DNA of 64,000 nucleotides from Promethearchaeota archaeon (GTDB taxonomy: Archaea; Asgardarchaeota; Lokiarchaeia; Sigyniarchaeales; SOKP01). Below, one piece after another: positions 10,274 through 20,457 of this stretch. How positions within the stretch are numbered: position 1 is the stretch's first letter; each line of letters starts with the position of its first letter. Under the pieces are notes generated by a model. It searched no databases. It was not told the origin of the DNA and saw nothing but the letters and a program-made list of their open reading frames with translations. The position numbers were made by a program, and so were the translations under genes. The stretch covers positions 1-64,000 of the forward strand of contig JAFGOA010000014.1 in the NCBI GenBank assembly GCA_016926735.1. Reading direction: 5' to 3'.

Positions 10274-11190
10274 TGCCTAATCGATTTTGTGCTATTTGTG
10301 GGAGAGAAATTAATACTTATTCACCTCATTTTAGTATGTGTTATAAATGTTATTTAAAGGAGCATCCTTTATTTGAGATACCAGATAAAATTTCAATTAA
10401 AGTATGTTTAGATTGTCTTAAATATACTAAAAAAGAAGACTGGATTGATCCACAAATCAAAGATTTAGATTATATTATCAAAGATGCAATAGAAAGATTT
10501 ATTCTTAAAATTTATCTAAAAAAAGCAACTATAGATTTTAATATGGTTTTAGATGAGAGTAGTGCTATTTATTCTTCTAAGGATCTACTTAAATCAATAA
10601 ATGTAAAGATAACAGGAATTTTAAAAGAAAATATAAGTATTGAATCTTCACAATGGATACAAGTAATTATTGAATATGAATTATGTAAAAATTGTGTAAA
10701 TCTAAGGGGAGGCTCTTATTTTCTTTCCATAATTCAACTGCGTATTATTGATGAAAAATATCTATCTATAATTGAAGAAGCATTAGATAAAATTGAAAAT
10801 TATGTAAAAAGTATATTCATAAAGGAACAAAGACATTATATCTCCAAAATTACCAATGAAAAAAATGGGATTGATTTATTTTTGAGTACTAATGAATTAA
10901 TGAATTATATTATATCCTTTCTAAGAGGAAATTACCATTTTATTCTTAAAAGATCAAAAAAATTAGTAGGAAGAGATATTCAAAGAGGTAAAAATTTATA
11001 TCGATTAAAATCACTCATAAAATTTTTACCTTTTGGAAAAAACGATACAATTATAATAAAAAATAAAAAATATCAAATTGATACAATCATAAAAAATAAA
11101 GTCATCCTAAAGGATGAGAATCATATTAAATATACAAAAGATTTTGATTATTTCTTTAATGAACCGATTAAAATAATAAAAGATAAATAA
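10273..11190 (+). CDS. nmd3: NMD3-family ribosome biogenesis protein
   Basis: N-terminal CxxC zinc fingers, C..C...GGSYFLSIIQLR, GIDLFL, KLVGRD...GK..YR. Confidence 0.88.
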   Translation: MPNRFCAICGREINTYSPHFSMCYKCYLKEHPLFEIPDKISIKVCLDCLKYTKKEDWIDPQIKDLDYIIKDAIERFILKIYLKKATIDFNMVLDESSAIYSSKDLLKSINVKITGILKENISIESSQWIQVIIEYELCKNCVNLRGGSYFLSIIQLRIIDEKYLSIIEEALDKIENYVKSIFIKEQRHYISKITNEKNGIDLFLSTNELMNYIISFLRGNYHFILKRSKKLVGRDIQRGKNLYRLKSLIKFLPFGKNDTIIIKNKKYQIDTIIKNKVILKDENHIKYTKDFDYFFNEPIKIIKDK

Positions 11191-11199
11191 GTTGATCAG

Positions 11200-12042
11200 A
11201 TGAATTTTGATGAAGAAGATTTTGAATATGAAAAAAAAGAAATAAATAAGGAATCAGGATTTCTTGAAAAAAATATAGACAATATGATAAAAAAAAAAAT
11301 AGATAATAAAAGAATAAAAAATATTGATAAGACAAAGAAAAGAGCTGTGATTGAAGCAGTTTTTGATGAAAGAACAATCTGGGAATTAGGAAGACTAATA
11401 AAGAATGACATTATTCATCATATTGAAGGAATCATCTCCGCTGGAAAAGAAGCTAATGTATATCTTGGATATGATTGTGATGAGAAAGAAATAGCACTTA
11501 AAATTTATAAAATTGATAATAACATTTCTAAATGGATGAGAAACTATATTATTGGGGATCCCAGATTTAAAAATATTCCTAATAATACATCAAAAATTAT
11601 CTATCTATGGGCAACTAAAGAGTATAAAAACCTTAAAAGGGCATATAAATCAGATCTTAAGGTTCCTAAACCGATATATGTTAAGAAAAATATACTTATT
11701 ATGGAATATATCGGCATTGGACCTAATCCTGCCCCACGATTAAAAGATATTAAGAATCCACCTAATATTGGGAATATTATGGAAAATATTCTTCAATTCA
11801 TAAAAATTCTCTATCAAAAGGCAAATCTAGTTCATGGAGATCTATCTGAATTTAATATTCTTTTTCATAATCAAACTCCAATCATGATTGATATATCTCA
11901 AGGTGTATCTATACATCATCCAAAGGCAGAAATCTTTTTGGTAAGAGATATTAAAAACATTTTTAATTATTTTGAGAAATTTGAGATTGTACTTCCTGAT
12001 CCAGAAACCTTTTACTATGAGATAATTAAGACACAAAAATAA
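11200..12042 (+). CDS. rio1: RIO1 atypical serine kinase
   Basis: ISAGKEANVY, YIIGDPRF, WATKEYKNL, LVHGDLSEFNIL, IDISQGV. Confidence 0.94.
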   Translation: MNFDEEDFEYEKKEINKESGFLEKNIDNMIKKKIDNKRIKNIDKTKKRAVIEAVFDERTIWELGRLIKNDIIHHIEGIISAGKEANVYLGYDCDEKEIALKIYKIDNNISKWMRNYIIGDPRFKNIPNNTSKIIYLWATKEYKNLKRAYKSDLKVPKPIYVKKNILIMEYIGIGPNPAPRLKDIKNPPNIGNIMENILQFIKILYQKANLVHGDLSEFNILFHNQTPIMIDISQGVSIHHPKAEIFLVRDIKNIFNYFEKFEIVLPDPETFYYEIIKTQK

Positions 12043-12166
12043 AATATTTTTATTATAAATTATTCCACTAAACCGTCTAAAATTATCTAATCCATAAAAT
12101 TAAAATTTGATTTAACTTTATAAAATTTGATATAAATTTATTATCTTCATTTGTATTTTTAAAAAT

Positions 12167-12266
12167 GCCAAGGTCGCTTAGCCCGGTTGGATAATAAACT
12201 TTATATTATACCGAAAGCGTCAGCCTGCAGAGTTGATTTGCGGGGGTTCAAATCCCTCCCTTGGCT
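12167..12266 (+). tRNA. tRNA-Cys (GCA) with a D-arm intron
   Basis: GCCAAGG/CCTTGGC-T acceptor stem with U73 discriminator, TCAGC-CTGCAGA-GTTGA anticodon arm, TTCAAAT T-loop; extra hairpin in the D-loop. Confidence 0.92.
12190..12215 (+). other. non-canonical D-arm tRNA intron (about 26 nt; ends uncertain by 1-2 nt)
   Basis: Central helix CGGT/ACCG, bulges TGG and AAA, inner stem ATAATA/TATTAT. Confidence 0.8.
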
Positions 12267-12309
12267 TTTATTTTGATATTAAGAATTTTTAAAATAAATC
12301 CAGTTTTTT

Positions 12310-13650
12310 CTATTTTTGTTTTTCCCATTTTTTTAAATATGTTACTTCTGAAAGGGTTGATCCTCTCTTTATCTCTTCACGGAATCGATTTTCTTTCTCA
12401 TATACATCAATTGCACGATTTGCGATCTCTTGTGCTTTCTTTTGGGGGATTACTACAACACCGGAAACGTCTCCAATAATCCAATCCCCAGGATCAACTT
12501 TTTGACCTGCACAAATAATACTTGTGTTTATCTCTCCGAATCCTCTGGGTTCTCCTGCTGTTGGTGTAAAATATTTAGCATAAATTGGTAATTTAATTTT
12601 TCTTATATCATCTATATCTCTAACTGCTCCATCAATTACCACACCCGCTATTTCTTTAATTTTACAACTCCAAGAAGCAAGTTCTCCCCATACAGCATCT
12701 TTTCCTTCACAAGCATCAATAACTATTACGTCTCCCTTTTTTGCTATCTCTATAGCCTCAACAGGTTTACACCAATCTCCATTATAAGTTCTGACAGTAA
12801 TAGCAGGACCAACAAACTTAAAAGGATGGTCTTCTGTTCCAATCCATACAGGATTTAACCCCTTCATTTCTCCTGAACGATGCATAGCATCCGAAATATT
12901 AGGTGTAGATACAAGCATTAATGCTTTTCTTATTTCATTTTCATTGTATTTTTTAAAAAGTTCTGATTCGATTGGTTTTGCAGTTTCTATTGCTTTTTTT
13001 ATTTTTGCTGCGGTAATTTCTGGATTTTCTGATTTATAAAATGCTCCTCCTACAACTACAATATCTACCCCAATTTCTTTTGCCTTCGCAGCCGTTTCAC
13101 TATTTATCCCTCCTGCTACTGCAATCCAAGTAGAATGATTCAACTTTTCTTTTAGTTTTTTAGCAATTTCAAGTGTTTTTTCGCCACCATATATTGTCTG
13201 TTGATCAATACCAACATGAGAACAAATCATATTGACTCCTAAATTTTCAAGTTCTAATGCTCTTTCTATTAATTTATCCTTAGGGATATCTATCGTATCA
13301 CAGCCTAATAATACACCATATTTACTCGCTGCTTCCACAGCTTCCTTAATTGATGCATCATCACTTCCTCCTAACATTAATACTATATTTGCCCCTGATT
13401 TTGCTGCCATCTCAATCTCAATAGAACCTCCATCTACAGTTTTCATATCAGCAATTATAACTTTATCTGGAAAAGTCTTTCTTAATTCTCTTATAGCATT
13501 CATTCCTTCAGATTTAATTAATGGTGTTCCTGCTTCTATCCATTCAACACCACCTTTAATAGATTCCTCTGCAATCTCTAAAGCTCTCTTTAAATTAATT
13601 ACATCTAGTGCAATTTGGAGAAATGGTTTATTTTCTCTTTTTCTTATCAA
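12310..13650 (-). CDS. hps: 3-hexulose-6-phosphate synthase fused to an RraA/MenG-like domain
   Basis: LQIALD, EAGTPLIKSEG, ADMKTVDGG, HVGIDQQ (HPS); STPNISDAM, AVWGELA, DGAVRD, PGDWIIGD (RraA-like). Confidence 0.9.
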   Translation of the reverse strand: MIRKRENKPFLQIALDVINLKRALEIAEESIKGGVEWIEAGTPLIKSEGMNAIRELRKTFPDKVIIADMKTVDGGSIEIEMAAKSGANIVLMLGGSDDASIKEAVEAASKYGVLLGCDTIDIPKDKLIERALELENLGVNMICSHVGIDQQTIYGGEKTLEIAKKLKEKLNHSTWIAVAGGINSETAAKAKEIGVDIVVVGGAFYKSENPEITAAKIKKAIETAKPIESELFKKYNENEIRKALMLVSTPNISDAMHRSGEMKGLNPVWIGTEDHPFKFVGPAITVRTYNGDWCKPVEAIEIAKKGDVIVIDACEGKDAVWGELASWSCKIKEIAGVVIDGAVRDIDDIRKIKLPIYAKYFTPTAGEPRGFGEINTSIICAGQKVDPGDWIIGDVSGVVVIPQKKAQEIANRAIDVYEKENRFREEIKRGSTLSEVTYLKKWEKQK

Positions 13651-13993
13651 GATTATTTACCTAAATGGTTCTTATTAATAAAATCTTATAGCTCTTTTAT
13701 TATTAATCTTCTAAAAGAAAAAAATTTTACTACTATCACTAAAAAAAATCAAAGTTACTTACAAACAGTAGTTCATTTTTCTCTTTCAATAATTTTTAAT
13801 ACTTAGATTTGTATATTTTAATTAAAAGAATATTGATTTTATAAGAATGATATACTGATCTAAATCGTATTTATCTAAAAATAATAATAAATAATAAACT
13901 TTTAAAAAAGTTATAATATTTATTTAATGGTAATTATAGGATTATATAAAAAAGTAATTTTACATAAGAATAAGTATAAAAGGTTAGCTAAAG

Positions 13994-15706
13994 ATGACTG
14001 AGGATTATGATTATTTATTCAAATCTATTGTTGTAGGAGATGGAGGTGTTGGAAAAACTGCTATGACATTAAGATTTAGCAAGGGATTCTTTACAGAAGA
14101 TTATAAGATGACCATTGGAGTTGACTTTCATGTAAGAACAATAAACGTTGAAACAGATGAAGAAACAATAAGAGCAAAATTACAAATATGGGATACGGGA
14201 GGACAAGAACGATTTAGTTCAATTCGTCCGATGTATTATAGAGGCGCTTTAGGAGCATTATTAATGTTTGATTTAACTAATCTACCCAGTTTTGAACATC
14301 TTCCACAATGGATAGAAGAAGTACGTGCAAATGTACAAAATGAAGTTCCTTTACTTTTAGTAGGAAATAAATGCGATTTAATTGATCAAAGAGCAGTAAC
14401 CTTAGAAGAAATAGATACATTCACACGAGATTTTAATTTATATTATATGGAAGCTTCAGCAAAAACTGGGGATAATGTAGGTGATTGTTTTCAAATTTTA
14501 GCATGTTTAATGATTGGTAATGGTGTACCCGAAAAATTAATAGCTGAAGGAAATGTTTGTGCTCCTGGATATGTTTTATCATCACCTGCTATGGGACAAC
14601 AACCATCTATTGCTTCCAATGAAGTCTATGATCAATACAACAGTCCTGAAACAACAATTCCAATTACTTCAGAATATAACTCTTTTGAACCAGAACCTGA
14701 GACAGAGTATTCTCTTCCTCAAGAACCAAAATATATTTCTTCTCAAGATAATTATATGTTCCCTAAAGAAAAAATAACTTATTCTTCTGATACAGTAGAG
14801 AGTCAATCCTCGATTTCTCAAACTTCCTCCTATAAAACTGAAGCAGAAAAGATAAAGGATGATTTAAGATCTCTTATCAGAGAAGAAAAAGAACCCGATG
14901 TTCCAATTCCCGAAATGCCAAAAGAAGAACCAAAAATTATACCTGATTTCGATTTTAAGACTCCAGATGAAATATTAGCAGAACAATCTCAACCATCTGA
15001 AACTTTTAAACCAAAAGCAATACCATTTTCTTCAAATGCACCTATTCCAACAACTGCTCCTAAAGATTTTATATCCGAAAACACAATTGGTATTAGCGAA
15101 TCATCAATAGAAAAAGCACCTCCATTTGTTTTTGATCAACCAAGTGAATCAGCAGAATCTTTAAAAGAACCATCTAATTCATTATTTGATTATATACCCG
15201 AACCAATTGAAAGTCCTAAAAAAGCAAAGAAGAAAGCTAAGAAGAAAAAGAAAGAAGAAGAAAAGGAAAAGGAAAGAAAAGAAAAGGAAAAGGAAAGAAA
15301 AGAAAAGGAAAGAAAAGAAAAGAAGAAAAAGGAGAAAAAAGAAGCTGTAAAAATGAAACCTTCATTAGAAGAACCAATCCCTAAAGAAATCACAAAGAAG
15401 GAAAACCTACCCTCTTTATTTGAAACATTATATCAAAAAACTGCTACTTATCAAGGAGAAGAGAATGCTCAACATGCTGCGTTTATACCCTTTTCAGGAA
15501 CTAGAGTTACAGATATGTCTTCTGATATAGGAATTATTCCAAATATAGAAGATTTTAATAATACCTCGAATAATTATCCTTCTTATACTGATAATTTAAA
15601 TTCAATTCCTTCCTATAATGAAAAAAAAATAACATGTTCTAATTGCGGCTCTCAAGTATCTCCAGAATATGCTTTTTGTAATAAATGTGGTTCTAAATTA
15701 GGGTAA
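13994..15706 (+). CDS. Rab-like small GTPase with a long low-complexity extension and C-terminal zinc ribbon
   Basis: GDGGVGKT, IGVDF, KLQIWDTGGQERFSSI, YYRGA, GNKCD, EASAK; P/E/S-rich linker, K/E-rich coil, CSNC...CNKC. Confidence 0.9.
   Translation: MTEDYDYLFKSIVVGDGGVGKTAMTLRFSKGFFTEDYKMTIGVDFHVRTINVETDEETIRAKLQIWDTGGQERFSSIRPMYYRGALGALLMFDLTNLPSFEHLPQWIEEVRANVQNEVPLLLVGNKCDLIDQRAVTLEEIDTFTRDFNLYYMEASAKTGDNVGDCFQILACLMIGNGVPEKLIAEGNVCAPGYVLSSPAMGQQPSIASNEVYDQYNSPETTIPITSEYNSFEPEPETEYSLPQEPKYISSQDNYMFPKEKITYSSDTVESQSSISQTSSYKTEAEKIKDDLRSLIREEKEPDVPIPEMPKEEPKIIPDFDFKTPDEILAEQSQPSETFKPKAIPFSSNAPIPTTAPKDFISENTIGISESSIEKAPPFVFDQPSESAESLKEPSNSLFDYIPEPIESPKKAKKKAKKKKKEEEKEKERKEKEKERKEKERKEKKKKEKKEAVKMKPSLEEPIPKEITKKENLPSLFETLYQKTATYQGEENAQHAAFIPFSGTRVTDMSSDIGIIPNIEDFNNTSNNYPSYTDNLNSIPSYNEKKITCSNCGSQVSPEYAFCNKCGSKLG
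15230..15345 (+). repeat. purine-rich low-complexity tandem repeat encoding KEKERKE units
   Basis: Repeated GAAAAGGAAAAGGAAAGAAAA-like units within the Rab-like gene. Confidence 0.75.
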
Positions 15707-15722
15707 TAGATAAAAAAAATAA

Positions 15723-16487
15723 TTATTCAATCCTATGTCCACAAATAGGGCATATATTCCACATTTTTTTAATTTTTGAATAACAATTAGGACAATCTTT
15801 TAGATCTGGATCTTTTTCTGTCTGAGGTAATCCAAATATAGTAAGATCTTTCATATCTTTAAAAAATTCTTTTGGATTTTCAATATATTCGGGAGCAATT
15901 TCATTTTGATTATTTGTTTGATCATTATAAATCACAGGTTGTTCTGATTTTATTTCATTGCTAGGTTTGAAATATTCTTCAGGTCTTTGTGGTATATTTT
16001 TTTCTGGTTCATTAAGTTCCTGTTTTTGTACGTCCTTAGGATCTTCCACAGTTGTACCTACTTTGTATATAAAATAGTTTTCCTCATTATTTTCAATAAT
16101 AATTTCTCCATTTCTAAGAATTACTTCAATATAATATATAATCTTTGCACCAATTGGTACTTCGATAATTTCTGCTAAATAATAATCAGTTTTATATTCC
16201 ATTTTTATCTTATACCATGATTTTCCTTGATCCCCGCTAAAAATTAAATTAACTGTATCAATTGGTTCCTTAAAATCTTCTTCAGTAATTTTTGCAACTA
16301 TTTTTACATTCTTTTTTGTAAATAATTCCTTCTCATGTGTCTCTTTTCCTTCTTCCATATCCCACGCAGTACCACAACTAGGACAAGAAACGAACCAATT
16401 TGGATATTCTTTATTACAATTAGAGCATGTCTTTGTAAAGAATCTTGCAGTCTTTATTCCAAGCTTAGATTTTTTTTCTTTACCCAT
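15723..16487 (-). CDS. protein with N- and C-terminal zinc ribbons flanking a small beta domain
   Basis: CSNC...CPSC at the N-terminus; CPNC...CPIC at the C-terminus. Confidence 0.7.
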   Translation of the reverse strand: MGKEKKSKLGIKTARFFTKTCSNCNKEYPNWFVSCPSCGTAWDMEEGKETHEKELFTKKNVKIVAKITEEDFKEPIDTVNLIFSGDQGKSWYKIKMEYKTDYYLAEIIEVPIGAKIIYYIEVILRNGEIIIENNEENYFIYKVGTTVEDPKDVQKQELNEPEKNIPQRPEEYFKPSNEIKSEQPVIYNDQTNNQNEIAPEYIENPKEFFKDMKDLTIFGLPQTEKDPDLKDCPNCYSKIKKMWNICPICGHRIE

Positions 16488-16631
16488 TATTAATAGCCAT
16501 AAAAAATTTTTAATTAAGATAGAAAATTGATTTATCCATATATATTTTCACAAGATTTTATTAAAATCTTGGGAATTTTAATAAAATTCTTTACATTACT
16601 AATGATAAAGCATTATTGAAATAGATTTATT

Positions 16632-17222
16632 ATGATAATTAAAAAAGAATATATTAAAAATATCTTAGATACGTTTGATGATTTAATTGATATAAAGATT
16701 ATTATAAGAGAAAGTTCACCAGATTATAAGCTGAATGATTTATTACAAAATAAATTTATTTATTCATTAAATTCGATAAAGAATAAGCTTAATCCCATTT
16801 TTTCAACATATTTAAGTAATTTTAATTCAAAAAAATATATAAATAATCAAAGAAACTCACTTGATCAAATAAGAAATATTTTCAAAAAGGGAAATATGGC
16901 TATTATATCCTCAAATTCAGCAAAAAAAATATTGAAAAATTTTGGAATAGATCCAAGACAACTGATTGTAACTGGTGGACCTTTTTTTATGGAAGATTAT
17001 GAAAAAATAAATCCTGGGATTGAAAAAAAATGTAATAGATTGTTAGAAGAAATTAAAAATATAGAATGGTATGATAAAGAACTTTATTTTCTGTGTGAAA
17101 ATCAAAATAAATCTGATAAATTGACTTTGAGAAAATTAGATAAAATTTCTGAGTTAATAAAAAAACCAGTTAAAATAATTGAAATTGAATCATGGAATGA
17201 GTTTAAAGAAGATTTAACCTAA
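16632..17222 (+). CDS. DUF2100-like protein
   Basis: SSNSAKKILK.FGIDP..LIVTGGP...EDYEKINP motif. Confidence 0.65.
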   Translation: MIIKKEYIKNILDTFDDLIDIKIIIRESSPDYKLNDLLQNKFIYSLNSIKNKLNPIFSTYLSNFNSKKYINNQRNSLDQIRNIFKKGNMAIISSNSAKKILKNFGIDPRQLIVTGGPFFMEDYEKINPGIEKKCNRLLEEIKNIEWYDKELYFLCENQNKSDKLTLRKLDKISELIKKPVKIIEIESWNEFKEDLT

Positions 17223-18377
17223 AACTAATTTTAAATCCTCAATAAATTTAGTTATATGAGGCCTTCTTACATGAGGCATAATAACTGCTCTTATAAGATT
17301 AAAATCATCAAATTTTCCTAGCATCCAATTAAGATTTTTCAATTTCTGATCAATCTCGCATAAATTATAGCCTCTTTCAGGCGTCATTCCAACAACATTC
17401 ATAACAGGATTCACAACTGTCTTAATTCCTTCTATCTCATCAATTTTATCCACTAAATATTGTGTATTCTCCATACATGTTTTAACTATCTTAATAAATC
17501 CATTTCTTCCTAAATTTTTTAATATCGCCCAAAAAGCAATAACAGTACCCCCAGTCCGAGTACCCACAATATGAAGATGTTTAAAATTACCCCCTGCTAA
17601 ATAAGGAATTTCAAATCCAGTTCTATGTAATATTTTTTCATTTCTTATGAATATTCCTCCTGAAGGGATAATACCCATTCCCATTTTATGAGGATCTGCT
17701 GTTATTGAATCAACTTCATTTACTGAAAAATCCCATTTAGGATATGAATATCCTAAATCATCTAAAAAAGGAAGTACAAATCCACCAAAAGCAGCATCTA
17801 CATGAAAGAAAATATTTTTATCCTTTATTAGATCTCCAATTGCTTCTATAGGATCAACCAATCCTAAAGAAGTTGTTCCTGCTATTCCAATAACCCCACA
17901 AGTATTTTTATTTATTAGTGATTCAAAATGTTCTAAATCTAATTGAAAATTTTTATTCAATCTTGCCTTTCTTAATCTTATATTCATTAAATCAGCAGCT
18001 TTATCAAAAGATATATGTGCTGTTATTGGAAGTACGATTTCAGGATTTTTTATATCTGGTCTTAATTTTTTTGCAATCCTAACCGCAATAAGATTTGATT
18101 CAGATCCTCCTGTTGTAAATGACCCTATTATATCTTTACCCTTAAATAAGGCTCCTATTTCAGATACTAGTTCTTTTTCTAATTCAGCTGTTCCTGGGAA
18201 GAGTCCAGGATCACCTAAATTTTTATTTAAATATTTATAATAAATTTCTTTACCAAAATCAAAAGCATTGGTACACATTGACCCTAAGATCGATCCAGAA
18301 TCATATTCAAAATCATTTGACAATTTTTTTTCTAATATATCTATTATTTCTTCCTTACTTATCCCTTTTTTTAACAT
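17214..18377 (-). CDS. mfnA: PLP-dependent L-tyrosine/L-aspartate decarboxylase
   Basis: ILGSMCT, NLGDPGLFPGT, GGSESN, HVDAAFGG, DPHKMG, GTRTG. Confidence 0.93.
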   Translation of the reverse strand: MLKKGISKEEIIDILEKKLSNDFEYDSGSILGSMCTNAFDFGKEIYYKYLNKNLGDPGLFPGTAELEKELVSEIGALFKGKDIIGSFTTGGSESNLIAVRIAKKLRPDIKNPEIVLPITAHISFDKAADLMNIRLRKARLNKNFQLDLEHFESLINKNTCGVIGIAGTTSLGLVDPIEAIGDLIKDKNIFFHVDAAFGGFVLPFLDDLGYSYPKWDFSVNEVDSITADPHKMGMGIIPSGGIFIRNEKILHRTGFEIPYLAGGNFKHLHIVGTRTGGTVIAFWAILKNLGRNGFIKIVKTCMENTQYLVDKIDEIEGIKTVVNPVMNVVGMTPERGYNLCEIDQKLKNLNWMLGKFDDFNLIRAVIMPHVRRPHITKFIEDLKLVLG

Positions 18378-18557
18378 TTCTGGAGTTCTATAATATTAAC
18401 TATTTTGTAATTTTTATGTAGATTAGAAGATAATCTAATTTAAATAAAGTAATAAGAAAATAATTAAATCTTATTATCTCATCTATTATATTAAAAGATT
18501 TATTTCTTAAATATTATATTTTAATTTATTTTAAAATTATATTTTAATCCTTAGGAT

Positions 18558-18875
18558 TTATTCAAACCTGTAATTATCTCTTCTATCAAATTTTTCAATC
18601 GATTTAAGGATCTCTTGACTCAAATCTACCTTATAATGATTTGCTATACAAATTAAAGCAAATAATGTATCTGCTAATTCTGATGCAATATTATCCTTTA
18701 ATTCACAATTTTTTTTTGGTTTAAAACCCTCTTTTGAGTTTATTTCCCTGCTTAATTCTCCTAATTCTTCTATTAATGCTGCTAACATTGCTAAAGGATG
18801 CCAATAACCTCCATGGTTGGTTATCCAAAGATCAACAAGTTTTTGAATATCAGATAATGTATTATTTTTATTCAT
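18558..18875 (-). CDS. MazG-like nucleotide pyrophosphohydrolase
   Basis: GYWHPLAMLAALIEELGELSREIN...ELADTLFALICIAN...RD..RF. Confidence 0.88.
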   Translation of the reverse strand: MNKNNTLSDIQKLVDLWITNHGGYWHPLAMLAALIEELGELSREINSKEGFKPKKNCELKDNIASELADTLFALICIANHYKVDLSQEILKSIEKFDRRDNYRFE

Positions 18876-18948
18876 AATTCAAACTAAATATAATTTACAT
18901 ATATTTTTAAACAATTAAATAAGAAATAAAAAAAATATAAATAATAAC

Positions 18949-19308
18949 TTACCAGAGATATACTCCCAACGGAAGAATTGTAAAAAGACCTAATAATAAT
19001 AGTCCTAATAACCAATCATTTACTAATTGTTTCTTTTTTTCTCTGTTATTTTTAATATTCCAAACAACTCCAAATGAAAATGCTGAAGCTGTCCCAGTAA
19101 AAGCAAGATATGTAAGACTATAAACATCTGCTTGGATATCTATATATGGTACATCTAAAATAAAATCAAAAATCAACCAAACACCTAAAAAACCAATTAT
19201 GGCTAATAAATATAACCAACCCATAAAAATAATACTTCTTTCTAATCTTATATCTGTTTCATATGAACCAGGAACATTTTGTAAATTCTTCTTTTTATAT
19301 TTTGACAT
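18949..19308 (-). CDS. small membrane protein (3 TM)
   Basis: Three hydrophobic segments in 119 aa. Confidence 0.65.
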   Translation of the reverse strand: MSKYKKKNLQNVPGSYETDIRLERSIIFMGWLYLLAIIGFLGVWLIFDFILDVPYIDIQADVYSLTYLAFTGTASAFSFGVVWNIKNNREKKKQLVNDWLLGLLLLGLFTILPLGVYLW

Positions 19309-19384
19309 CTGAGATCTTGTTTGTATTGATTAATATAATTTTAAATGTATTATCATTCTTAATCTTTTTTTTTATCAGAAAAAT

Positions 19385-19903
19385 TTATCTATTCTTAAGT
19401 TGAACGATCGCTTTTGCAATATCACCATCACAATCCCTTAATACGGCTTCAGCTTCATCTTTTCCTACATTTGCTTGAGCTGCTACTAACATAATATCAT
19501 CTTCTGTGATTTTTGGGCTTACTTCTTCATTATCTATAATTTCATTGGATTCTTCTTCAATTATCTCTAAATTTTGATTAATATTTACCTCACCAGGAGA
19601 AAATTCTTCAGATTCTCCAATAATCTGAAAAATTGATTGTCCCATCTGTTCCATTTGAATCACTTCAGGTTGATTAATTACTATTGTTTTATTAGGCCCC
19701 TCGATAATAACTCTAGTTGCTTCTATTTGATCCATATCAATTCCTTGTTGTTGCATCTTTCTTCGCATTGCTCTTGAGCCATATTGTTGTCCTGGTTTCT
19801 TCTTAACAGGAGTTGGTCTTTTTGGTTTATTATTCTGTTTTTTTTGCATTTCTTTTGGTAATTTCATATTATCACACTTTATTTTTTTTTTTGGTTTTAT
19901 CAT
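19385..19903 (-). CDS. nac: nascent polypeptide-associated complex protein (aNAC)
   Basis: MRRKMQQQGIDM..I.ATRVII NAC domain and C-terminal UBA (EDDIMLVAAQANV...GDIAKAI); the true start is probably downstream of the ORF start. Confidence 0.92.
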   Translation of the reverse strand: MIKPKKKIKCDNMKLPKEMQKKQNNKPKRPTPVKKKPGQQYGSRAMRRKMQQQGIDMDQIEATRVIIEGPNKTIVINQPEVIQMEQMGQSIFQIIGESEEFSPGEVNINQNLEIIEEESNEIIDNEEVSPKITEDDIMLVAAQANVGKDEAEAVLRDCDGDIAKAIVQLKNR

Positions 19904-20389
19904 TTAAGTATCTTTAATTCCTTTTCTTACATCAATAGCAATTCCTCTTTTAAAATTCTTTATAGAATAAATAGGTAACTTTACTCTTCCTAACGCTAAT
20001 AAATCTCCTTTCTCATTTACAATAATTACTTCATCTTGAGGTCTTAAATTTTCATCGATATCTAATACATGTTTACAAAAAACATTTCTTCCTTTCTTTA
20101 TAAATTCAGATACATCATTTTCCACTATAGCTCTTAATCTAGGATAAGATGTCTTCTCAAGAATTTTCTGTGCTGAAAGAATTGATAAGCTAAAAAATCC
20201 ATTTGTTGGTCTAAGAGATAATAATAATTCTTTATCAAGATAGATATATCGAATCTTATCAGTATTTTTTGATCGTTTAATTTCAATATTCTTTTCATCC
20301 TCAAATAAAATATCTGTAATTTCTGGAGAAAATTGATAATCAGAAATTGCTTTGATTTTTCTAAATGCTAATAATTGTTCTACATCCAT
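19904..20389 (-). CDS. PUA-domain RNA-binding protein (like the archaeosine TGT C-terminus)
   Basis: DYQF, S.NT.KIRYI, LR..NGFFSLS, GRNVFCKHV...LRPQDEV..V. Confidence 0.85.
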   Translation of the reverse strand: MDVEQLLAFRKIKAISDYQFSPEITDILFEDEKNIEIKRSKNTDKIRYIYLDKELLLSLRPTNGFFSLSILSAQKILEKTSYPRLRAIVENDVSEFIKKGRNVFCKHVLDIDENLRPQDEVIIVNEKGDLLALGRVKLPIYSIKNFKRGIAIDVRKGIKDT

Positions 20390-20457
20390 TCTTATGTGAA
20401 ATTAAATATAATAATTAATAAAATAAATTATTGAATAAAAAATGTTCAATTTTAAAA

